A stretch of 64,000 bases of DNA, from the NCBI GenBank assembly GCA_965656375.1, contig CBFHKH010000001.1, forward strand, positions 772,291 to 836,290, written 5' to 3'. Positions 1 to 9,804 of the stretch are shown in pieces. The first letter of the stretch is position 1, and every line of letters starts with the position of its first letter. This DNA comes from Minisyncoccia bacterium. GTDB lineage: Bacteria > Patescibacteriota > Minisyncoccia > Phycocordibacterales > UBA9973. The translations under genes and the position numbers were made by a program. The notes under the pieces were generated by a model. It had not been told where the DNA came from. It searched no databases and was given only the letters and a program-made list of their open reading frames with translations.

Positions 1-1
1 T

Positions 2-922
2 TACTTTTTGTTTATACTTAGCATTCTGTATGCTCTTTATAACAGTCGGAAAAATATGTTATTTAGTAGTACACAGATATCAATTCTTGGAGGTGTAGTT
101 ATTGGATATGTATTCCAAAATCTATTTTACTTTGATTCAGTTCTCTCATCGATAGCTCTTTTCGCTCTGGCAGGGATTGCGTATGCTTCCGTAGATTATG
201 TTATTACAAGAGATCAGAAGAACAAAAAAGATCGCTCATCAATAGATTCTTTCTTTAGAAATCTCATTGCTTTTGTATTAGCCTCACTATGTGTTGTGTC
301 ATTTATGTATTTTTCATATAGACCTTTGCAGAAAGCAAAGGCGTATATTGCTGTTTTGAATACCAACTTCAATAAACCATTTGATCAGTTACTTGTTGGT
401 TCTACAATGGGAGACCAATGGGATGTTAGTCAGATTGCTCATGATGTGAATAATACTTTTGCACGAGATCCATTGAGTATAAAGAATAATAAAGAAGTTC
501 TGTCTTTTGTCTTAAAAGATTTAACTGGTATGCTTGCATATCTTGAAGAAGTCGCTAAGACTAATAAAACTGACTTCCGTCTTTATATAAGTATGGTGCA
601 CCTCTATAATACAAAGATATATCTTGATGATACATTTAATACAGTAGAAAACCGAAATCGAATACATGAACTTCTCGAACATGCGAAAGAGCTTTCACCA
701 ACTAATCCACAAGTATATTGGGATATTGCACAAGTTCATGCATGGGCTGGAAATAAAGTGGAGATTGTAAAAGCCTATCACCAAGCCATTGCTCTTGATC
801 CGCACATTCCAAATTCTTATGAGTTGTTGCTAAAATTTGCAAAAGCTATAAACGATCAAAAGTTATATGCTGAAACATTGTCGAATGCAGAAAATAATGT
901 ACCAGGTTTTACTTTTAAATAA
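2..922 (+). CDS. Membrane protein with C-terminal TPR-like repeats (C-terminal part; gene continues upstream of window). Possibly the C-terminus of a GT-C type glycosyltransferase.
   Basis: Open frame from the window edge (track starts at TTG at 8; codons 2-7 are open). Several hydrophobic helices are followed by a TPR-like helical segment (AYHQAIALDPHIPNSYELLLKFA). It sits beside a glycan biosynthesis cluster. Confidence 0.45.
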   Translation, partial: YFLFILSILYALYNSRKNMLFSSTQISILGGVVIGYVFQNLFYFDSVLSSIALFALAGIAYASVDYVITRDQKNKKDRSSIDSFFRNLIAFVLASLCVVSFMYFSYRPLQKAKAYIAVLNTNFNKPFDQLLVGSTMGDQWDVSQIAHDVNNTFARDPLSIKNNKEVLSFVLKDLTGMLAYLEEVAKTNKTDFRLYISMVHLYNTKIYLDDTFNTVENRNRIHELLEHAKELSPTNPQVYWDIAQVHAWAGNKVEIVKAYHQAIALDPHIPNSYELLLKFAKAINDQKLYAETLSNAENNVPGFTFK

Positions 923-928
923 GTATTT

Positions 929-1831
929 ATGGAAAAAGTAATTGTTACAGGTGGAGCTGGATTTATCGGGTCACATATCGTTGACGCGCTTATTTTTGAT
1001 GGATATGAGGTACACATAATAGACAATCTCTCTGCGGGAAAACAAAAAAATGTGCACGCTAGTGCAGTTTTACATGTTGTCGATATACGAGATAGGGAAA
1101 AGCTCACACCGATTTTTAAAAATGCAAAATATGTTTTTCACGAAGCGGCATTACCTCAAGTGCAATTCTCAATAGAGAATCCAGCAGAGACTCACGATGT
1201 AAATGTTAATGGACTTTTAAATATATTAGAATTATCACAGCAAAATGGAGTGAAAAGGTTAATCTTTGCTGCATCAAGTGCAGCATATGGAAATCAAGAA
1301 AAATTACCTCTTGTAGAAACAATGGAAGCAAACCCACTTTCTCCGTATGCAGTTCATAAATATATAGGAGAAGTTTATTGTAAGCTTTGGGCAGATTTAT
1401 ACGGCCTTGAGACGGTATCTCTCCGTTATTTTAACGTGTATGGTCCTCGACAGAACCATGAAGGTGCTTATTCATCAGTTATTGCGAAGTTTATTAATAT
1501 GAGCAAATTAGGTTTACCACTTTCTATAACAGGAGATGGAAATCAAACTCGTGATTTTATTCATATAAAAGATGTGGTTTCAGCGAACTTAGCTGCGATG
1601 AAATCGACTCATGCTGGGAAAGGTGAAGTTATTAATATTGGTGGTACTACAAAGGTGTCAGTAAATGAAATTGCACAACGTATTGGCGGGTCTATAACGT
1701 ATATTGATGCTCGCGTCGAATCACGCGATACCCAAGCTGACATATCAAAAGCAGAAAAATTACTTGCTTGGAAACCAACTATTGATTTAAAAGAGGGAAT
1801 TGATGAGCTGAAAAAAGAAGCAAATATATGA
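929..1831 (+). CDS. NAD-dependent sugar epimerase/dehydratase (UDP-hexose 4-epimerase family)
   Basis: N-terminal Rossmann motif VTGGAGFIGSHIV and the SDR catalytic YxxxK (YAVHKYIGE). 300 aa is the typical size. First gene of the glycan cluster. Confidence 0.85.
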   Translation: MEKVIVTGGAGFIGSHIVDALIFDGYEVHIIDNLSAGKQKNVHASAVLHVVDIRDREKLTPIFKNAKYVFHEAALPQVQFSIENPAETHDVNVNGLLNILELSQQNGVKRLIFAASSAAYGNQEKLPLVETMEANPLSPYAVHKYIGEVYCKLWADLYGLETVSLRYFNVYGPRQNHEGAYSSVIAKFINMSKLGLPLSITGDGNQTRDFIHIKDVVSANLAAMKSTHAGKGEVINIGGTTKVSVNEIAQRIGGSITYIDARVESRDTQADISKAEKLLAWKPTIDLKEGIDELKKEANI

Positions 1832-3117
1832 TTCTCAATGTAATAAGAAAAATAATCCCACAAAGATGGCATTGGATATTTGAACACGAAGGATATAAGC
1901 GCTATGCGGCAAGTACAGGCTGGATGTTTGCTGTACAAGTAATTTCTCTTATCGTATCGTTCTTTATCGGAACTTGGATTGCTCGATATCTTGGTGTAGA
2001 AAATTACGGCATGTTGAGTTATTCTATCTCTTTCGCGGGAATGTTTGGATTTATTGCTTCTCTAGGAATCGATAATATCTTGAGTCGTGAACTTGTGAAG
2101 TTCCCTCATGATAGAAATAGATTGTTAGGAACTGGATTTCGTCTTAAAATCATCGGCGGATTGATAGCTTTTTTATTCGCTTTCATTGGTGCTTGTTTTA
2201 CTCAAACAAATCCACTCATAAAGCTTCTCATTGTACTTTTCTCCTTGTCCTTTATATTCCAAGCAATGAATGTAGTTAACATCTATTTTCAAGCAGAAGT
2301 ACGATCAAAAAATAGTTTTAAGTCGATACTTGTAGCTACGCTTATATCATCCATATTAAAAATACTCATTATACTATCACACAAAGGCGTTGCTTGGATT
2401 GTGCTTGTTTTCTCACTTGATTTTCTATGGCAAGCTATAGGCTTTGGCATTGCGTATCGCGCATACGGATTAAAAATTCGGGATTGGATTTTTGATAAGA
2501 GTCTTGCAATGAGAATCTTAAAAAATTCTTTACCGCTCATGATTTCTGCAGCTGCAGGATTTATTTATCTGAAGATTGATCAAGTAATTATTGGTCATAT
2601 TCTCGGTAATAGAGAAGTTGGTCTGTATGCTGCAGCAGTAAAGCTTGTGGAAGTGTGGTATTTTATACCGTGGATAATTTCAACTGCGCTTTTTCCAGCT
2701 ATTATAAATGCTCGAAAAATGGGTATGGATTTATACAACAAGCGTCTAAAAAACTTTTATATTTTACTATTTACTCTTTCTCTTATAATTGCTATTCCTA
2801 CTACACTCTTTGCTCCATTTATCATTTATGTACTATTTGGGGAAGGGTACTCTGAGTCAGTATCAGTTCTCTATGTGTACACATGGTCAAGTATAGGATT
2901 ATTTCTTTCATATGGGATAAACCAGTATTTGATTTCAGAAAATCTAGTTAAAACTATTCTTTTTCTAAATATTATTGTTATGTGTGTTAATATATTCCTT
3001 AATCTTTTCTTTATTCCACGATATGGAATTATTGGATCAGCATGGGCAACATTTTCCTCATATCTAATAATACCGCTATTTATTTTACTTAGACCTGCTT
3101 TTAAGTCTAATCGTTAA
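1828..3117 (+). CDS. Polysaccharide/oligosaccharide flippase (MOP/Wzx family)
   Basis: 429 aa, about 12 predicted TM helices, Wzx-like architecture. Start overlaps the epimerase stop by 4 nt (operon). Confidence 0.7.
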   Translation: MILNVIRKIIPQRWHWIFEHEGYKRYAASTGWMFAVQVISLIVSFFIGTWIARYLGVENYGMLSYSISFAGMFGFIASLGIDNILSRELVKFPHDRNRLLGTGFRLKIIGGLIAFLFAFIGACFTQTNPLIKLLIVLFSLSFIFQAMNVVNIYFQAEVRSKNSFKSILVATLISSILKILIILSHKGVAWIVLVFSLDFLWQAIGFGIAYRAYGLKIRDWIFDKSLAMRILKNSLPLMISAAAGFIYLKIDQVIIGHILGNREVGLYAAAVKLVEVWYFIPWIISTALFPAIINARKMGMDLYNKRLKNFYILLFTLSLIIAIPTTLFAPFIIYVLFGEGYSESVSVLYVYTWSSIGLFLSYGINQYLISENLVKTILFLNIIVMCVNIFLNLFFIPRYGIIGSAWATFSSYLIIPLFILLRPAFKSNR

Positions 3118-4336
3118 GAATATTCTCTCCTTCTTCTTCAATAAATGTTTTAAGTAGAGGATAGATGATTGATTTGCGATAATTATCTTTAATTAATCTT
3201 TTCCCTGCCAATCCGACGGCTATCCGACCTTCTTTGTTTTTGAGAATTACATGTATTTTCTCCGCTGCACTATCTATTTTTTCATAGTCTATAAGATATA
3301 TGTTCTTATTATCAAGAATGCCATCTATTCCTTTTGCATTATCTATAGTTGAGATTACGGGGAGGCCAAGTGCCATAGCAAAGAGTGATTTTGTTGGAAT
3401 ACCGGCCCCAAAATTTGCTGGACTAATAAATGCGGCTTGGCGAATCATAAGTTCGTACGGATCATCTACAAACCCAGCAATTTCAACATTCGGTATGTTT
3501 TTGAAAAATTCTCTTCCTCCTCGACCAATAATGATAAGTTTTATTCGAGATTCCCTTCTGAGTATTGCTGGCCAAATATTCTTGCAGAAAAATAGTAATC
3601 CTTGACGATTTGGCGGGTAGAATAGGTTTCCGATGAACACAAGATTATTATTTTCCGGCATATAATTGTATTCGAAAATATTGTCTTCAATCCAATTAGA
3701 AATAAGATGTATATGCGGCATCAATCTTTTCCCATACGTCTTATGCCAATTTTCCGTGATCCAGTCTATATCTCGATGAGAAACAATAGAAAATCCATCA
3801 GCAGTAGTAAGCATTGTAAGCTCATATTTTTTAACTCGATTAAACTCTATTTTATATATAAGTTTCCAGAAACCTTTAGCTTTATGAATAGCATCTCTAT
3901 AATTAAGTGATATTGCATCATTGAAACATAATAGTAATCGTGTAGAGGTAGTTACTTTTTTTAACGAAGTGATATAGCGTCCAAATCGTAAGGTGTGAAA
4001 ATGTATAACTTTATATTCAGAGTTATATAACTTGAGCCATTTGAGTGCTTTACGATTGAAAAAATAGTTACTCTGAAGCGGATATAAGGAGAAAATACCC
4101 AAAAAAGATCTTATGTAACAGTTGATCTTTGATGATGAGAATATATATACATTGCCATTTATTATCCCATTTAAAAATTCCTTATTTTGAGTACTAATCT
4201 TTTCATCGGTTATTAGAAGAAGGCTCACTTCAAAATCTGAACTAAGCGCTTGTATTTCATTTAAAATCCGTTGCCGTGTTCCATCAGTTGCGGGATATGG
4301 TGAACGAAAAAGCACAAATAATATTTTTTGCTTCAT
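3107..4336 (-). CDS. Glycosyltransferase family 4 (GT-B, retaining)
   Basis: 409 aa. C-terminal GT1/GT4-like region (IIIGRGG..., EGFGIP-like 'GAGIPTKSLFAMALGLPVIST') consistent with the EX7E family. Confidence 0.7.
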   Translation of the reverse strand: MKQKILFVLFRSPYPATDGTRQRILNEIQALSSDFEVSLLLITDEKISTQNKEFLNGIINGNVYIFSSSKINCYIRSFLGIFSLYPLQSNYFFNRKALKWLKLYNSEYKVIHFHTLRFGRYITSLKKVTTSTRLLLCFNDAISLNYRDAIHKAKGFWKLIYKIEFNRVKKYELTMLTTADGFSIVSHRDIDWITENWHKTYGKRLMPHIHLISNWIEDNIFEYNYMPENNNLVFIGNLFYPPNRQGLLFFCKNIWPAILRRESRIKLIIIGRGGREFFKNIPNVEIAGFVDDPYELMIRQAAFISPANFGAGIPTKSLFAMALGLPVISTIDNAKGIDGILDNKNIYLIDYEKIDSAAEKIHVILKNKEGRIAVGLAGKRLIKDNYRKSIIYPLLKTFIEEEGENILND

Positions 4337-5205
4337 ATTTTTATCTTTAAACCTACAATTCCACCTCTAATCCATTCTTTTATTATACGCCAATCATGCC
4401 CTCCGGAAAGTATTTGATAAAATCGAAATGGTGTATAGAGAAAAATGAAAAGAAGTACTCCGTATATGATCATTAAAGGGTAGTGTTTTCGGATAATAAG
4501 CATGTAACTTGAAGAAAGATTTTTAAATACAAAAGCATTTGTTCGACTTTCAGCTACTGGCTTTATGTTATGCCATGCATGAGCAAGAGGGTAATAGCGT
4601 ACATCGATTTTAGCTTTTTTCGCTCGTAAGCAGAAATCTAGATCTTCACCATAGAAGAAAAATTTCTCATCAAGCATGCCAATGGTATTTATGACTTTTT
4701 TAGGTATAAGGAGTACGCAGCCTGAAAGGAAATCTACAGATCTAGCACCTTTGTTAGACAGAGGTTGATTTTTGTCTGGAACGATGATATTCATTCGCAA
4801 TTGGGAAAATATCCCGCCACCCTGCCAGATAATAGTAGGTCTATCTGTGTAGAATAGTGCTGGCCCCACAAGTTTTTTGCCACCACTTTCTGCTAGTAGC
4901 AAGGAAAGACAATTAATTTCAAGTTTTGCATCGTTATTAACAAGAAGGAAGTAATCGCTTTCAGGATGAAGCATCATACCTTGATTAACTCCTTTTGCGA
5001 ATCCAAGGTTTTCTTTATTGAAGACAAATTGATGACGGGGAAAATCTTTTCGCAAAGAGAGCGTAGATCCATCTGTTGAATTATTGTCGATTATTAATAT
5101 CTGCAAAGTGTAATCCTTTGAAAGTTTTTGTTCCTCTAAAGAAAGGATGCATTCACGTACATCTTCATATTTATTATAGTTTAATATTATAGCGGTAATG
5201 ATCAT
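4333..5205 (-). CDS. Glycosyltransferase family 2
   Basis: N-terminal 'IIDNNSTDGS' and DXD-type motifs (VNNDA) typical of GT2. Overlaps neighbouring genes by 4 nt. Confidence 0.8.
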   Translation of the reverse strand: MIITAIILNYNKYEDVRECILSLEEQKLSKDYTLQILIIDNNSTDGSTLSLRKDFPRHQFVFNKENLGFAKGVNQGMMLHPESDYFLLVNNDAKLEINCLSLLLAESGGKKLVGPALFYTDRPTIIWQGGGIFSQLRMNIIVPDKNQPLSNKGARSVDFLSGCVLLIPKKVINTIGMLDEKFFFYGEDLDFCLRAKKAKIDVRYYPLAHAWHNIKPVAESRTNAFVFKNLSSSYMLIIRKHYPLMIIYGVLLFIFLYTPFRFYQILSGGHDWRIIKEWIRGGIVGLKIKI

Positions 5206-6329
5206 ATATGTTGTATAAGCGCTAGTATTTGTCCACTTACATTTTTTATATCTAATTCACTCTGCCAATATGTTTTAATATTTTCCGGAGAGTATTGAGT
5301 ATCCCATTTCTTTATATCTAGATTTAAAGCCTCATACAACGATTGTGCATTAAAATTTTTTGCCATACTTCCGCTTTTTCCACTATTTACAAAATACTCT
5401 ACACTTGCAAGCGGTCCTCCTACGACTGAACAACCGCATGATAACGCTTCTGATGCAGAGAGTGGCGATGCTTCGGTAAGAGAAGGTAAGAATAATATTT
5501 TTGTCTTTGAAAGCTGTGAGAAGATTTCCATATGACTAATTTTTTCTATTCCTTTAATTTGTATATTTCTGTTTGCTGTTTTGATTCTTTCTGTTAAGAT
5601 AACTGAACCTTTACCAATGATATTGATCTGCCAATTAGTTCCAATTTGGGAGAAGACCGTATAAAGGCCATTGGCATTTTTACGCGCATCATCCCACCTT
5701 CCTATGCAAGTAATGATGTTCTCTTTATTTAAAGTGTCTATCGATTCTGTAATAATAGGATTTGGAATAAACGCGATTTTTTGAGAGAGATAAGACTTTT
5801 TCCAGTAAGAAAGCGAATATTCTAGATTCTTTTTTGCTTTTGGTGATTCAATAATTAACGCAGAAGCGAGTTCAATCTGCTTGATTTTAAGTTTCGTAAT
5901 AATCTTTGGTAAAATATACCACTGTGCAAGTCGTAGGAGATGTGTTGCTTTTGAGATGAATGTCTGATTAAAACCGAATACTTTTAGATAGTTTGGCCTT
6001 AGAGGATAAAGAAGATATCCATCGGAGTCTAGTTTTAAAATGACTTTTATATTTGCTTTCTTTGCTGCTCGTATCATTTTTGTATAACGGAGTGAAAGCC
6101 ATGAATATACAAACAAAATATCAATTTCCGATTTCTGCCAGTACAGAACACTTCCACGTTCCACTTTTTTAATTAGGACTACCGGGAATCTTGCTGCAAC
6201 CTCTTCTGTATGAGAATGTGCAAAGACAGCTACATCAACTCCTTTATTTATAAGTCCAGATGCTATTGTGCCAGGATCTTTCGCTAATTCAGTATCAGTA
6301 AAATTTTCTAAAAATATTCCAATTTTCAT
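5202..6329 (-). CDS. Glycosyltransferase (GT4/GT1-like)
   Basis: 375 aa with a GT-B like C-terminal half. Operon context with GT2 and GT4 genes. Confidence 0.55.
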   Translation of the reverse strand: MKIGIFLENFTDTELAKDPGTIASGLINKGVDVAVFAHSHTEEVAARFPVVLIKKVERGSVLYWQKSEIDILFVYSWLSLRYTKMIRAAKKANIKVILKLDSDGYLLYPLRPNYLKVFGFNQTFISKATHLLRLAQWYILPKIITKLKIKQIELASALIIESPKAKKNLEYSLSYWKKSYLSQKIAFIPNPIITESIDTLNKENIITCIGRWDDARKNANGLYTVFSQIGTNWQINIIGKGSVILTERIKTANRNIQIKGIEKISHMEIFSQLSKTKILFLPSLTEASPLSASEALSCGCSVVGGPLASVEYFVNSGKSGSMAKNFNAQSLYEALNLDIKKWDTQYSPENIKTYWQSELDIKNVSGQILALIQHI

Positions 6330-6347
6330 ACAACTAAAATTCGTTAT

Positions 6348-7640
6348 CTAATTAGTAAATATAATCTGTACTGTTCGTGCAATAATACCTAAATCAAGAA
6401 ATATATTTCTATTTTTTATGTAATAGAGATCATATTCAAACTTTTCCTTTGAACCTTCTACTGTGTTTGCGTAATGATATTTAATCTGCGCCCATCCTGT
6501 AAAGCCTGGTTTGATTATATGACGTAATTCGTAATGTGTAATCGCACCTTCTAACTGCTCGACGAAGTGAGGACGCTCGGGTCTTGGTCCAACAAGAGAT
6601 AGATCACCTTTTATTATATTTATCATTTGTGGCAATTCATCTATATGTAGTTTTCTGAGTATCCTGCCGATAGGTGTGATGCGATCATCATCTTTAGTTG
6701 ACCATACCGCGCCATTTTTTTCAGATTCAATAATCATGGATCTTAATTTATATAATTTAAATACTTTTCCATTTAAGCCAACTCTTTTTTGAATATAAAA
6801 TATTGTGCCTCGATCGTATACATATACACAGAGTGCTCCTAATATCCATAACGGTGATGAAAGTATAAATATAATTATTGAGAAAACTACATCCATTAGC
6901 CTTGTGAGAAAATTATATCCGATATTTCCCTTTGTATTTATATTTTCTATAATCCACGACTGAGAAATGCAATCAACTGGTATTTTATAAAGATATCGCT
7001 CGTAGGCTTGCGCAATATCTATAATTTCAGTTTTATTCTTATATAACGTAACAATATCATTTCTAGGTATTTTATTTGACATACCTTCAATTATAAAAAC
7101 TGCATTTGTTATATGGGAGTATTTTTTCAGTGATTCATGTAAATCATTAGTGTACGAAATAACATTGAGGCCTATTTGAGGATTTTTTATGATAGTTTGA
7201 TGTAATTCTTCAAGGTAAGGAGTTACTCCGACTAAGATACCTGGTCTAGTTATCTGTTGTGAGAAAACAACATATACAAATCTTCTTAATAAAAAAGATA
7301 ATAATCCAAATCCTACAACCTGGAAAAGAAGATTTGTTTTAGGAGTAATGCCAAAAATTGGAACCAGATAAAAAAGAAGTATGCCTATAATAAGTGAAGT
7401 GATAAGTGCAAGAGAAAAGCGCCACAGGTGGGGTATCGTTGGTTTAATACTATATAAATCATAAAGCCCAAAAAGGAAGAACGATAGTACCCATGATAAG
7501 TACAGTATGATAAAAGGGATAGCATGAGTTCCTAACGCTGCCTGAAAGGAAGAATCTCCGAATCGTATATATAATATGACTATAAACGTGGTAAAAAATG
7601 CAACGAGATCTCCCAATACGATAAGCCAGACTCTGTTCAT
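6348..7640 (-). CDS. Polyprenyl-phosphate sugar phosphotransferase (bacterial sugar transferase, WbaP/PssY-like initiating enzyme)
   Basis: N-terminal TM helices plus a C-terminal Bac_transf domain with motifs KLRSM, DELPQ, GDLSLVGPRPE. 430 aa. Confidence 0.85.
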   Translation of the reverse strand: MNRVWLIVLGDLVAFFTTFIVILYIRFGDSSFQAALGTHAIPFIILYLSWVLSFFLFGLYDLYSIKPTIPHLWRFSLALITSLIIGILLFYLVPIFGITPKTNLLFQVVGFGLLSFLLRRFVYVVFSQQITRPGILVGVTPYLEELHQTIIKNPQIGLNVISYTNDLHESLKKYSHITNAVFIIEGMSNKIPRNDIVTLYKNKTEIIDIAQAYERYLYKIPVDCISQSWIIENINTKGNIGYNFLTRLMDVVFSIIIFILSSPLWILGALCVYVYDRGTIFYIQKRVGLNGKVFKLYKLRSMIIESEKNGAVWSTKDDDRITPIGRILRKLHIDELPQMINIIKGDLSLVGPRPERPHFVEQLEGAITHYELRHIIKPGFTGWAQIKYHYANTVEGSKEKFEYDLYYIKNRNIFLDLGIIARTVQIIFTN

Positions 7641-7726
7641 ATGGATATATAGTACTTAAATATTGATGTTTGGTAAAGGGAATATTTAATTAAAAAGCAA
7701 GGAAGACATTGATCTCCCTTGCTTAA

Positions 7727-8137
7727 TTATTCTACTAACATTCTGCGTAAATCAGACGAACGAATTACATTTTTGTAGTTGTGGCATATCTTGATCTTAC
7801 CTCCTTTAGATTTCATGTAAGCAATTTCTTCAGTTTTACTCTCTAGCCACTCTGGAGCAATCATGTACACATCTACCTCATATTTCTCCAACAACTTTAA
7901 GGGACTAAAATTGCGTGCCGGTACTACTTTATCTATATATCTAATTGATTCCAAAATCAACTTTTTATCTTTATAGGAAAGTAATGGTTTGCGTTGCTTA
8001 TAGAGTTTTATCAAACTCGGAGTATTCACTGCTACTATTAAATAATCTCCTTGCGCTTTCGCAAATCTGAATGCCCGTACGTGTCCTGAATTTAGTAGCT
8101 CAAATGCACCTTGGATAAAAACTACTTTCTTTTTCAT
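7727..8137 (-). CDS. Cytidylyltransferase-like nucleotidyltransferase (TagD / RfaE domain II-like)
   Basis: 136 aa with the (H/G)xGH-type motif GAFELLNSGH characteristic of the cytidylyltransferase family. Confidence 0.7.
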   Translation of the reverse strand: MKKKVVFIQGAFELLNSGHVRAFRFAKAQGDYLIVAVNTPSLIKLYKQRKPLLSYKDKKLILESIRYIDKVVPARNFSPLKLLEKYEVDVYMIAPEWLESKTEEIAYMKSKGGKIKICHNYKNVIRSSDLRRMLVE

Positions 8138-8310
8138 AAAATAACTGTTTTAGTTGCATAGGTTTTACCATATATAGCTTTGAGATTCAAGTGTACCTTG
8201 ATCATAGGGTATATATTGTTTGGAGCAGGTCTATATCTTACTTATTCCATTTGGTATACTATACATATAGTCGAAATCTTCATTATTAATTTTTTAAGCC
8301 AAATCAATTT

Positions 8311-9096
8311 ATGAATAAAATACTAAAGTTTTCAGTCGGTATATTTGTTGCTCTTGTTGCAGTTACTTCCTTTGCATCATATGCAAATGCAATGACGACA
8401 AGTGCAAGCAGTTGTGCCCAAGGTGCAGCATATGACACAGTTACTGGCAAAGCATGTGCAGACGTCACTATGAATCCACCGGTACTCGGATATGTTCCGT
8501 ACGGTTGTGACTATGGAGTAGGTACCGTGTACAGTCCAGAAACAGGGGAGTCATGTTCAGTGAACGGAGTTACGATTACACCTCCAATAGTTATGATGCC
8601 TCCGTATGATGCATATGGATGTAAAGTTGGTTCTCCATATAGTATGACAACAGGTGCAAAGTGCGCAGGATATACAACTTCTACATCTGGAGCAACTTCA
8701 GCAAGTGCAAATGGATGTACTCCAGGAGCGATGTACAGTACAACAACAGGTGCAAAGTGTACAACGACAAGTTCATCGTCTGCATATGATTGTACAGTAG
8801 CAAAGAATGCGTACTGCGCGGGTATGTCTTCTACAACAACAACTACTCCTCCAGCATGGATTCCACCAGTAAAAATTACTGCATCAAGTTCAGTAAGTGA
8901 TGTGATGACACTTCAAACTTCTTTGAATAAAGTTCTAGGTACTGAACTATCTACGTCACTCGTTGTTGATGGACGATACGGAGCAAAGACACGAGATGCG
9001 ATCCGAAAGTTCCAAATCAAGGCTGGCCTCAAAGCCGATGGCGTTGCTGGACCACTAACACTTGCTTCACTTAAGACAAGTGCATCAATACAGTAA
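8311..9096 (+). CDS. Secreted protein with Cys-containing short repeats and a C-terminal peptidoglycan-binding (PG_binding_1) domain
   Basis: N-terminal signal peptide. At least 4 repeats of Y-x3-TG-x2-C (YDTVTGKAC, YSPETGESC, YSMTTGAKC, YSTTTGAKC). C-terminal DGRYGAKTRDAIRKFQIKAGLKADGVAGPLT matches the PG-binding helical repeat. Confidence 0.6.
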   Translation: MNKILKFSVGIFVALVAVTSFASYANAMTTSASSCAQGAAYDTVTGKACADVTMNPPVLGYVPYGCDYGVGTVYSPETGESCSVNGVTITPPIVMMPPYDAYGCKVGSPYSMTTGAKCAGYTTSTSGATSASANGCTPGAMYSTTTGAKCTTTSSSSAYDCTVAKNAYCAGMSSTTTTTPPAWIPPVKITASSSVSDVMTLQTSLNKVLGTELSTSLVVDGRYGAKTRDAIRKFQIKAGLKADGVAGPLTLASLKTSASIQ

Positions 9097-9166
9097 ATAC
9101 AGAGCTAAAAAACACCCCAGCTGGGGTGTTTTTTAGCTCTGTATTCCTCTATGGTATACTATATAT

Positions 9167-9655
9167 ATGTTCAACAAACACCTCTTCAAAGTCATTATAG
9201 GGTTCTGCGGAATGATCATTCTCGGTCTTGTGTCCCTTGTTGTCATTGATCACTATAAGAACAAAGAGTCCTCTGAACAAGCGGTTCTCTATACTGCTAC
9301 TGAAGATACAAGTATTGGAAGTATTCATGCTCCGGAAGGTATGCCGAAACTTCCTCCAGAAGTTAAGCCGCTTTCATATCAGGATGCGCTCGCGCTTTAT
9401 ACGGGCCGAACAATCACATTTGATAAGGATTGTCGCGCAAATCCCGATCATACGTTTGTATTTAAAAATAACACCAAGGTTATGATCAATAACCTCTCTC
9501 CAGTATCGCGTACTATCAAGATAGAAAAGCCGATTAGTGTGAAAGGCAATGGCTTCAAGATTATAAACCTTGCAACTTCACAGAAATTACCGACAAAAAC
9601 TGTTCTCGAATGTGACACTATAAAAGGCGTCGCTAATATTACTCTTACGAAGTAA
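9167..9655 (+). CDS. Hypothetical membrane-anchored protein
   Basis: 162 aa with an N-terminal TM helix and a strong extended -10 (TGGTATACTATA) just upstream. The nested ORF 9228..9485 is ignored. Confidence 0.5.
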   Translation: MFNKHLFKVIIGFCGMIILGLVSLVVIDHYKNKESSEQAVLYTATEDTSIGSIHAPEGMPKLPPEVKPLSYQDALALYTGRTITFDKDCRANPDHTFVFKNNTKVMINNLSPVSRTIKIEKPISVKGNGFKIINLATSQKLPTKTVLECDTIKGVANITLTK

Positions 9656-9804
9656 TTATCTACACTGCTACTCTTCTTTTATTATACTGCTTGCAATATA
9701 TGCGTAAATTACAAGCAAACGGTAGTATTGATGGTATTGTAAAGTTTAATTTTAAATAATTGTTTTTTAACTATTCTTTAACTCCGAGATGCTACGCTCT
9801 TGGT

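Noticed and set aside
9228-9485. 85-aa ORF nested in a different frame of 9167..9655
   Set aside because: It overlaps the longer membrane-anchored ORF. Its composition is Arg/Leu-rich, typical of an off-frame artefact.
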